The translations under genes and the position numbers were made by a program. From a virus (taxonomy: Duplodnaviria > Caudoviricetes), in the IMG/VR virus record IMGVR_UViG_3300020043_002162, positions 1 to 34,880 of that record: a stretch of 34,880 bases of DNA; one strand, written 5' to 3'. Position 1 is the stretch's first letter. The number at the start of each line of letters is the position of its first letter. The notes beneath the pieces were generated by a model. The model was not told where the DNA came from. It saw only the letters and a program-made list of their open reading frames with translations, and ran no database searches. Positions 18,935 to 28,800 of the stretch are shown here, one piece after another.

Positions 18935-19369
18935 ATGAACTATACACAAGTCTTAGATTTAATAAATACAAACTTAGCAAGCGCTACAAATATTACAGCT
19001 GCTGAACATAGAGAGGTAGAAATAGCATTACTTAATTATGTAAAAACTCAAAATAATTATGTTGGATATATAACTGGAGTTAATTTACCAGTTGGATCAG
19101 GAGTTAGTCTTACGGTTAGTGGAGATATATCTTCTGCAGTAGGAACAACAAGTGATGGAGTTTTAATAACGCTTACAACAGCTATGCCGTCTACAAATTA
19201 TTATGTAAGGTCTTTCGTAGAAAGTCTTGGAACATATACTGCTGATACAGAGATTAGAAGAGAATCGTTTCGCAAAGTATCTGAAACTCAATTCTACTAT
19301 ATTCAGTCAGAAACAAATAGTCAAACACAAAACTTAAAAATTCATTTTGAAGTAATTTCATTAGACTAA
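18935..19369 (+). CDS. Small structural/fibre-like protein inserted in the muzzle locus (144 aa)
   Basis: N-terminal helix (LINTNLASATNITAAEHREVE) followed by a beta-rich domain (ITLTTAMPSTNYYV). Confidence 0.6.
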   Translation: MNYTQVLDLINTNLASATNITAAEHREVEIALLNYVKTQNNYVGYITGVNLPVGSGVSLTVSGDISSAVGTTSDGVLITLTTAMPSTNYYVRSFVESLGTYTADTEIRRESFRKVSETQFYYIQSETNSQTQNLKIHFEVISLD

Positions 19370-19372
19370 TAA

Positions 19373-20122
19373 ATGGCAAAAACATTATCATATAGTGAAG
19401 CTAGTCAAGGTTGGACCTCATTTTTCTCTTACATACCAGAGAATATGATTGGTATGAACTCTTATTTTTATTCGTTTAGTAATGGAAATTTATACCGTCA
19501 TAATTCTGATGATGTAGATAGAAATAACTTTTATAACGAACAATACCCATCTAAGATAACAAGCCTATTCAATGTTGATCAATCTGTAGTTAAGAACTTT
19601 AATACTATAGCATTAAATAGTGATCACCCTTGGGATACAAATATAATTACCGATTTATCTACTGGATACATAGACGCATCTTTCTTTGAATTAAAGGAGG
19701 GAGATTATTTTGCATACATAAGAAGTAATCCAAACACACAAGATTTAAATCTTCGTTCAACTCAGGGGATAGGAACACCTATATCTGTAGACTCTACAAT
19801 TCCATCAGCAGTTGTAGTTACTTTTGGATATAATCTAGGCAGCATTATAACCATTGGTGCAGATGCTTATAAGAATAACGCTGGAGTCCCATTAAAATTA
19901 GGTAAAATAACAAATAAAACAAATACAACTATAACTATAGATGCATCTGGATTAGATGGCAATATACCATTGGTTACGGATTTTATATTCTATTTTCAAA
20001 ACTCAGTTGCCGAGTCTTACGGTGTACGTGGATATTATATGCAGTTTGAATTAACGAACGAAGACTTAGACAGGGTTGAATTGTTTTCTATTGGAACTAG
20101 TATGTTCAAAAGTTTCCCTTAA
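19373..20122 (+). CDS. Muzzle/stabilisation protein C-terminal part encoded as a separate gene (249 aa)
   Basis: TLSYSE..QGWTSFFSYIPE...FYSF.NGNLYRHN....RNNFY, KEGDYFAYI and GVRGYYM resemble the C-terminal region of single-chain stabilisation proteins. Confidence 0.68.
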   Translation: MAKTLSYSEASQGWTSFFSYIPENMIGMNSYFYSFSNGNLYRHNSDDVDRNNFYNEQYPSKITSLFNVDQSVVKNFNTIALNSDHPWDTNIITDLSTGYIDASFFELKEGDYFAYIRSNPNTQDLNLRSTQGIGTPISVDSTIPSAVVVTFGYNLGSIITIGADAYKNNAGVPLKLGKITNKTNTTITIDASGLDGNIPLVTDFIFYFQNSVAESYGVRGYYMQFELTNEDLDRVELFSIGTSMFKSFP

Positions 20123-20128
20123 ATTTAG

Positions 20129-20136
20129 TATCTTTG
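20129..20136 (+). promoter_or_regulatory. Bacteroidota-type -7 promoter box for the ejected-protein operon
   Basis: ttagTATCTTTGta, the same context as 12944, ending 4 nt before the ATG at 20141. Confidence 0.68.
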
Positions 20137-20140
20137 TACG

Positions 20141-20536
20141 ATGCACGAGTGTAGGTTAGAAAACAGCGAAACATATTACAAAACTCTAGTAGAGTGGTGG
20201 ACTAAGTGGGACTTTCCAGTACTATTAAAGTCATCTCTACCTAAGAGAATATTTGTAGTAAGTGCAGAAGGAGTTGATTTATATGCAGTTCCAGTTTATG
20301 TTAGCGATTCTTCTTGGTGTGGTATTGGATTTATAACTGGTAACAAAGACGCTGAAAAGAAATATAGAAAGAATGCTCTTAACTTTTTGCTTTATAACGT
20401 AGAGCAGTATATGAAGAGTTTAGGATATGATCTTATTATGACAGTAAGTGGAAATCCAGTATTAAAGAAATTATTTGAAGATAGTAATTACAACTCGTCT
20501 TCTAAAAATATTGTTGAATATATAAAAAAAATATAG
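20141..20536 (+). CDS. GNAT-fold acetyltransferase-like protein
   Basis: 131 aa with GNAT-like topology (helix, beta strands IFVV/YAVPVY/IGFIT, helix, K.LGYDLIMT, N..L.KLFE). Lies between the tail genes and the internal virion proteins, as in many podoviruses. Confidence 0.65.
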   Translation: MHECRLENSETYYKTLVEWWTKWDFPVLLKSSLPKRIFVVSAEGVDLYAVPVYVSDSSWCGIGFITGNKDAEKKYRKNALNFLLYNVEQYMKSLGYDLIMTVSGNPVLKKLFEDSNYNSSSKNIVEYIKKI

Positions 20537-20537
20537 T

Positions 20538-21338
20538 ATGGGAACAGCAGCAGGAACAGTAGGTGGAACTCCACCAGTTGGAGGAGCGGCAGGCGGATTG
20601 TCTAAAGCAACTCCGTTTATTGGAATGGGACTTTCTGCTATTAACATAGCTGGAGATTTAGTTGAAGCAGGCAAACAAGCTGACGCTCAGAAATCTGCTG
20701 AAAGAGCAGCTGAAACAGCAGCTAGAAAACAAGAACAATTATTAAGTCAAGACTTTTTTAGCGCGTTACAAGTACCAACAGAGGCTTATAATAGAGCTGC
20801 AAGAGAAACTACTGCTCAGGTTGGTCAAGCGGTAAGCGCGCTGCAAGAGGGAGACTCTCGTCAGTTAGCTGGAGGGCTTGGAAAAGTTGCTGCTGCTGGA
20901 ATAGAAGGAGAGGCCCAGACAAGAGATGCTATGGCTCAAGACTTATATAAACTAGGCGTAGCACAGGCACAATCTGCTATGAATGTTAATCAAAATTTAG
21001 CTGATTTAGAAGCAGAAAGATTAAAGGGCGCTCAAGCTGCTGCTGCTCAATCAAGAGCTGCTGAATTAGGTTTATATAGTGGAGCTGCTAAAGCAGGTGC
21101 TGGTATTATAAATACTGGACTTGGAATGATTAATTCATTTGGAATGGACAAACAAGCGCCTCAAACTCCAGCTCAATTAGCTCAAACAGCTGCTTATTAT
21201 AAACAAGCTCCTCCAGGGATGTCTATTGGATTTGGTCAAACTCCAACTCAACCAACATCTACAAATGCATTTGGACCTCAAAATACTTCTACTCCAGATT
21301 GGATGAACTCATTATCATTTTTAAATAAACCGCAATAA
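20538..21338 (+). CDS. Internal virion (ejection) protein, small, A/G/Q-rich
   Basis: Gly/Ala-rich hydrophobic segments near both ends around an Ala/Gln coiled coil; first of three genes of increasing size. Confidence 0.65.
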   Translation: MGTAAGTVGGTPPVGGAAGGLSKATPFIGMGLSAINIAGDLVEAGKQADAQKSAERAAETAARKQEQLLSQDFFSALQVPTEAYNRAARETTAQVGQAVSALQEGDSRQLAGGLGKVAAAGIEGEAQTRDAMAQDLYKLGVAQAQSAMNVNQNLADLEAERLKGAQAAAAQSRAAELGLYSGAAKAGAGIINTGLGMINSFGMDKQAPQTPAQLAQTAAYYKQAPPGMSIGFGQTPTQPTSTNAFGPQNTSTPDWMNSLSFLNKPQ

Positions 21339-21339
21339 T

Positions 21340-22806
21340 ATGCCAGAATATAGAGGGATAGTAAATCCAGCCGAGGTTAAAGCAACTCCAACATTTGATT
21401 GGAATACTGTTATTGGTGATGTTCAGAAGTCATTAGTAGCTAGTGAAGCTGCTCGTCAGGCTAATAGAGATAAATTAGAAAAAGATACTAACGACACTCT
21501 TACCGCAATAGGTAAGGTTACTCTTGGTAAGGATGAGGCTTTGAACACAAAACTTACTGAGGCTGCTTATAACTTTAAAAACTCAGTTGGCGATTATGCT
21601 AAACTAGTTCGTGAAGGAAAGGCTTCTCAGAAAGATTTCAATATGTTTAATCAGAATGCGATGGATACCTTTAATCAGATTGATGCTGTAGGTAAAAATG
21701 CAAAGGCTGCTTATGATACATATATTACAGAAAGTAAGGCTGGTAATTTATCTGCTGCCTCTGACTATATGGCTCAAACACTTGGACTAGCAGCGTCTTT
21801 AAAGGATAAAAATATTATAATGGATCCTAAGAGCGGTAGAGGTTTTATTGCTGGCAAAGATCCTAATGATGTTATTGAAGTTAACTGGCTTAATAATGAA
21901 AGAAATTTACTTATACCAAAAGTACAATTAGATAAAGAACTTGATGCTCAGTCAGATAAGATAGCTGAATTTATAAGAGTTGGTAGAGTTGGTGCTGGTG
22001 GTATATGGACTATTGATGATGCTACTGCGCGAGCTGGCTTTACTAATTTTGAAAATAATGTAGCTAATGGGCTTACAAGCAATCCACTAAGTGCATTATC
22101 TGTATTAGCTGACTATGGAGATATAAATGGTAAGAGATATACTCCAACTATAAATCAAGAAGAGGCCAAGAAAGATCCATCTAAGATATATATTCAGTTA
22201 AATGCTTCTGGAAATCCAGAACCAGTATTAACTAAAGAGCAAGATACTGCAGCAAAGGAAACTGCTAAGAGGTATTTAAGAGAGAGATTAAAGTACGAAC
22301 AAAAACAAGTTGAAGAAACTTATAGAGCTCCAGTATTTGCACCTAAAGAAGACAAACCTGCTCCAGTAATTCCAACAACTCAAGATATAAGATATACTAG
22401 CTCAACTGAGATTGGTGGTAAAAAAACATCAAGATCTGGATTCACAATGGATGTCCCAGTTATAGATAAGTCTACTGGAGCTGCTCAAAATCTTAAGGCT
22501 ATATATATTGATCCAGTAACTAATGAGTTACAGATGAAGATAGAAGAGAAAAATGTAGTTGACGGAGTTACAACCGTAGCAGATGTTACTTATTCTAGTA
22601 AGAAAAAAGGTGATGTAGCTCCTGATATTTCTAAAATATCTAATATAGCTACACAAATATACGATCCTAAAAGAAGGAGATATTTAAAAGGGTACCAAGA
22701 ACTTTATGATTACCTTAAGCCTCAGGCAGTAGCAAACTGGAAGGCTATTCAAAGAGGTGGAGGAGCACAGACAACAGCAAGTGGAATTAAATTTACAGTA
22801 GAATAA
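21340..22806 (+). CDS. Internal virion (ejection) protein, medium (488 aa)
   Basis: Helical N-terminal half; lies between the small and giant internal proteins. Confidence 0.6.
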   Translation: MPEYRGIVNPAEVKATPTFDWNTVIGDVQKSLVASEAARQANRDKLEKDTNDTLTAIGKVTLGKDEALNTKLTEAAYNFKNSVGDYAKLVREGKASQKDFNMFNQNAMDTFNQIDAVGKNAKAAYDTYITESKAGNLSAASDYMAQTLGLAASLKDKNIIMDPKSGRGFIAGKDPNDVIEVNWLNNERNLLIPKVQLDKELDAQSDKIAEFIRVGRVGAGGIWTIDDATARAGFTNFENNVANGLTSNPLSALSVLADYGDINGKRYTPTINQEEAKKDPSKIYIQLNASGNPEPVLTKEQDTAAKETAKRYLRERLKYEQKQVEETYRAPVFAPKEDKPAPVIPTTQDIRYTSSTEIGGKKTSRSGFTMDVPVIDKSTGAAQNLKAIYIDPVTNELQMKIEEKNVVDGVTTVADVTYSSKKKGDVAPDISKISNIATQIYDPKRRRYLKGYQELYDYLKPQAVANWKAIQRGGGAQTTASGIKFTVE

Positions 22807-22808
22807 TT

Positions 22809-25800
22809 ATGCCAAAAAAAGTAAAAGCAAACGGGAAAACATTTACATTTGAAGATGATGTAACTAACGAGCAGATAGGTATAGCAATAGATGAATATTT
22901 TGCTGGAGTAAAAAAAAAAGTAGCTACTCAGCCTACTGCTCCAAAAAAGCAGTTGGCTTCTCCTACACAAACTCAAACTACTCCTACTTCCTCGGATACA
23001 GAAGAAACTCAACCTCTTGTGGAATCGGATGGTTTAGGTGGACCGCCTAAAATGAAAACATTTACTGGATTTACACCTGAAGAACAACAGACTCTTCAGG
23101 CTAAGCCTGGTATTAAGATACCTAAAACTTCAGAATTAACAAGTAAAAGATTAAAACTACAAAACGAACTATCTAAAATAAAAGTTACTCCAAAAAATCA
23201 AGATGAAATATCAAGAAAAACAGATGAACTTTCTTCTGTGATTTTTGAACAAGATATTATTAAATATAATAGACTATCTGAAATAGAGCAACAATTTAAA
23301 ACAGCTAAAGATGATGAGGCTGCTGATATTGAAGCTGATAAAAGATTAAATGACGCTCTTACAAATACTGGTATTTGGAATAATGTAAAGTCTGCATCAA
23401 TAGACATGTATAATGCTGTTTTAGATCAACCTGCGTTAAGAGCTATTGGAGCTGATAAATTAAAGGCAGATACTGATGTTTTATCAGATGAAAAGAAAGA
23501 AGTTTTAAAAGATGCTGCTAAAAATAAAATACAACTAAGCGATATTGAAGTAGAAGAACGTGCAAAGCAACTATATAAGAATAAGCAGAAGGACTATATA
23601 GAGACTGATAACTTAAATTCATTCTTAGATAATCTTGATGAAAGCGATAAAAATCTACTAAAACAAAGTAGAAAAAATTTAGGTGAGCACTTACAAGAAA
23701 ATAATTTAAAGGAAGAAAAGGCTATAAATGCCTATGAGGTAATAGGAAATAAAAAAATAAAGGAATATAAGACTATAGAGCAAGAACTTCTTAAATACAA
23801 GAATAACAATCAACCTCTTCCAAAAGACTTATATGATTCATATGTTTCTTTAGGAAATGAGATAGTTGGCATTGGAAATAGTATACAAAAAAGACAATCT
23901 ATAATAAATAAAAATAAGGAAGATTTAGGTACTGTAAAACAAGAATTTGATTTATTAAAAAGAAGATACGGAGATATAGATAATGCAGTTACAAATATTG
24001 GATTAGGAGGAACTAAAATATTAAATGGAATATTAGGTTTTACTAATTATGCTGCTAAATTTACAGGTGGTGCTCAAGGTCAAATATATTCTTTGGCTGG
24101 ACAACAGGTTACAGATAAAATAAATGATTATATATCTGATGAAGAAAGTCAGTTAAGAAAGTCAGTTGAAAGTATTGAAAGTCCTGAAGGATTTGTAAAT
24201 TATGCTTCTGATATTATGTCTAAACAGATTCCTAATCTAGTAGCAACATCAACTGGTATAGGCGGACTAGGTATTATTGGTATATCATCTACTGGAGAGA
24301 AATTCACCGAAATGAATAAAGAAGTCCTTGATGGAAAGGCAACTTATTCACCATTGCAAATGGCAGTAGCTCCAGCTCTATGGGGTTCTGCTGAGGTAAT
24401 ATCTGAGATTCCTACACTATCAATACTTACAAAGGGAGGAAGAGTTTTTGATTCTATTGTAAAGAATGAAGGAGATTTAATAAAAAAAACAGTAAAAGAA
24501 AAAGCTAAGGAATGGGCCAAGGATTGGTCTGTTGATATGGGTAAAGAAGTTGCTGGAGAAGAATTTACTAATTTCACACAAAACTTTACAAATAAATATG
24601 TTTTAGGTAAAAAAGACGTAGGTTTATTAGATAATACTGGTACTGTACTTAAGGATACGTTTACACTTACAAATATACTAAAGGCTGCACCACACATTGC
24701 TGGAGCAATACTTAAGTCACACCAAGACAATAGTGATTTAAATGTATTGGATGAGAATTCAAGAAAAATTATTGACTTTTCAAAACAATTAGAGAACGAA
24801 TCATTAAACGATACTGAAAGATCTGTAATTACTAAACAGATAGAAAAGGCTACGGCTCAAAACTCTAAGATAATAGCTAATACAATAGAAAAGGTAAATA
24901 ATATGCCTGACGACGTGTATAGAAAGATTATTGATTTAAACAATAAAGTTGCTGATATTAAAACAGAGGCTGTTGCTATAAATGAAGGTAACTTGTCAAA
25001 TAAATCAGAACTAATTAAATCTTTAGAGTCTGACTACAGATCTGCTCAAACAGAAAGAAATGCTCTGATAGATGCTAAGTATGAAGCTAAACCTGAAATA
25101 GTTGCTGAAGAAGTTAAGCCTACTGAAGAGGTAATTTCTCCTACAATTGAATTAAAAAAAGGAGAGGAATTTATAGATACCGCTAAAGATAAGAAAGGAA
25201 ATACTTATACTTATGTAGCTGAAACAACTGAAAAAGACGGACTCAAGACTACTAAGTTTAAATTTAATAGAAGTGATAAAAGTACTGAACAGAGAGCTAG
25301 TACTGGTGTAGATACTGATAAGGTATTAGATAAGTATGGATTTGATATATCTGAAGATGAAATTCCAGAAGGATCTGAAATTACTAAAATATATGAGATA
25401 AGAGATGGTTTATTTAATGGACAGAGAAGTGTTGTAGCTACTGTACTTTTCAAAGATCCTGAAACTGGAGATACATTTAAAGGTGAAATTAATTTAACAC
25501 CTAAAGTAGAAGCTAAACCTACTAAAACAGAAACAAAGGTTATATCTCCAGAGACATCATCAAACTATGGTAACCTTACAGAAAACAAGGAAGGTGACTT
25601 CGTGTTCTTCCACGTTGGAGGAAAGGGTTATGAGACTATAAAGAAATCTACTGGAGGTACCACTGCAACTTCAAGAGAAGAGGCTGGTGCGCTTAGTAAA
25701 GTTGGTGGAGTTGCAATGTACTATACTAAGCCAGGTGACACCGAGAGAATGGTTAGTGGAGAGGCTAAGTATGCAGTTACTATACCAAAAGAAAAGGTAT

Positions 25801-28800
25801 ACGATGCAAATACTGATCCTAATAACTATACTGAAGAAGCTAAGGCACGTCACGAAGAAGAGAATCCTGGGAAGGCATTTGATGCCAATTCAAAGCTAGC
25901 ATATATCACTAAGATAGCTGGTGAGAATGGTTATGATATGGTAGTTTCTGAGTGGATGGACAAAACAAGGGCTCAGACCACTAAAGAATTTGCTCCTACA
26001 GATGTTCAGTTAAAGGAAGGCGACAAAATAGCAAAACCTTTTGAGGAAGAATACATAGATAATACTGCAAAGGGGTATAAATCTATTATTCCAGAATCTA
26101 AAGAGGCAAAACTTAAAGCTGTTTATGATGCTATTAATGTTGAAAAGAATAAAATAGGCAAGTACGATAAATTATACAAATTATCAACTTCTGACTTAAC
26201 CAATGTTTCTCAGGAAGAAATAACAAAACTTATTGAGGCAGATGAAGATCTTTCTCAAGAAGTTAAGGATAAATATACTGAGGCACTAGCTTATGAGCCA
26301 GGTAAAAGACGTACAGTAAATATAGTTGGTAAACCTGTAGACGTTAAGAATGCTCCAGAAGGAAATCATTTAAATATAGGACTCCTTGAAGGAAGAACCG
26401 AAAAAGTAATGACTCCTGAAGATGTTTTATCAAAACTTCCTAAAGATATAAAGGTAATATCTTATTCTGAAATAGAAGGAACTGAACCTAGTATTTCTGT
26501 AAAAATATCTCGTCCTTTAACTACAACTGAAATGTCTAATTTTTTAGAGGATACCAAACAACAAGCTATCCCACAATTATCTAATAAAAAGGGTGTTTTA
26601 TACGATGTTGAAAGAGGAACTTCTGAAGGATGGGGTGAATTTAATCCAGAACTTTTCGTAACACAGGACGGAAAGAATTTAGCTGAAGTTAAACAAACTG
26701 TTGCCAAATCAAAACTTGAAGCGTTTAAGGCTAAGTATATTGATAAACCAGTGTACGATAGAGCTAAACTAGACACTCAGGTTGAGAATGCTAAGAAATC
26801 ATTATCTAAATTACTTCCCGATGTTAAGTTCGTAGTTCATGATACTAAGGAGTCATTTATAGGAGTAGCTGGTAAGAATGGAAGAGGGTATTACGATCCA
26901 GCAACTAAAACAATACATATAAATGCTTTGGAAGCTAACGCTAGAACTGTTGCTCACGAGGTGTTCCACTCTGTATTACTTGACAAGGTTAAGACAGATG
27001 CAAATGCTAGAGATTTGACCAAAAGAATGGTTAGTGCCATCTCTAAAACCCTTGAAGGTAATCCTGAACTTAAGAAGAATCTTGATGATTTTATTAAGAA
27101 CTATGATGAGAATATCCAAAGTGAAGAGAAGGTTGCTGAACTTTTTGGTTATCTTGCTGACGGATATGAAGGATTTGATGCTCCAACTAAATCTATAATT
27201 AAGAGAGCTATGGACCGTCTTGCTAAGATTTTTGGTTTAAAACCATTCACAGAAGGTGAGATTGTAGATATGCTTAAAACATTATCTGGTAAGGTTGCCA
27301 CTGGTGAAGAGATTGTCGCTAAAGATGTTGAAATATTTAAAGGAGGAGAAAAAGTAAATAATCCATCAGATGGATTATCAAAAAGATGGTCATATGGAAA
27401 TGATAAAGTTAATATTGAAATTAAATATTTAGAACAAGATAGGGTAGACGAGTTAATAAAACAAGGATTATTAATCGAACCTGAAAACTTATCTGAATTA
27501 AATGGTAAAAGAGTTGTTACAACATCTCCAGATGATATGTTAGTTGGTTCTATATTTGTAAATGGAAAAGAGGTAGCTGTTGGTAATGGCGGTGTTTATT
27601 TTGTAACTAAATTTGGAGATGTATGGGCAAACTCTAACAAAGGAGTAGCCAATGGATTAGCAAACGCAATCAATGAAACATATGACTCTGAAACTGGTAA
27701 ATCATATTTAGTTTTAGTAAAAGGAACTGACGCTAAATTAGTAAGTAGTCCTCAGGGAGTTACGTCAAGTTTAGCGGTTACTGAATCTATGATAGATGCT
27801 GGATTATTTAGTTTGTCTGATTTTAGATCAGCTGTTAGATCAGCTGTTAAATCAAATGGAGGAAGTATATCTTTATCTCCTAACGGAAGTGCTAAAGTAT
27901 TAAAATCAGAAGTAGATAATTTCTTTAAAGATGTAACTTCATCTACATTTGAAAAAAGAGGTAACGTATTAAGAGATATAGTTTCTAATTTAGCTAAGTC
28001 AGAAAGTGCAAAAAACAATAAAAATGAAATTATTAGTTTTTTGGATGGAGATAAAAATAAAGGATTAGGTGTAGGTAAAACAGAAAAATCACAAAGTTTA
28101 ATTGATTTAATAGCTAAAACATCTGCTGAAAAATTAACTAAAGGATTAAATACTGGAGATGTATATGCTGTTATAGAGATAGATGGAAAAGTAAAAGTAG
28201 TTCAAGATAGTCATCAATCATACCCATATCATATTAAAATTGTAGATGAAAATGGAAATGTATCTAATAAAAAACCTGTACTTATTCTTCCTAAAACTAG
28301 ATCAAATGGTAAAGAAATATTAACTAGTTTAGAAGGTAAAACAGCTAAAGAATTAGGAACTGCATTTTCTGGAAGAGTAGGAGCTACTGCAAATATGCCT
28401 TACGGCAAAGGAATTATAATGGATAATCCTAAAGGTAGACTTCAAGAAACTGAGGATTACTCAGATATGAAGGATATTGTTAAGGATATGATCGATGATG
28501 GTATGTCTATCACAGAGATCAAAAAAACTATAGATAGTGAATTAGGTGCTGATCAGGTTTCATTAGCTGAGAGAGCCTATAATGATCTTACAACAGTAGT
28601 AGTTACTACTAATGATGTCGAGGCATTTAGAGATAAGGTTAAAGATATCCCAGAGTCTGGTAAGGTTGGTAAGTACTTAAGCGGTGAAACTATAGAAAGA
28701 GTAGAAGGTGAAGCTCCTCGTAATATTCAAGAGACAGATATTATGCCTCTTATTGAGGCTGGTGCTCATGGTAAAGAAACTGTGGCTATGGCTAAAGAAG

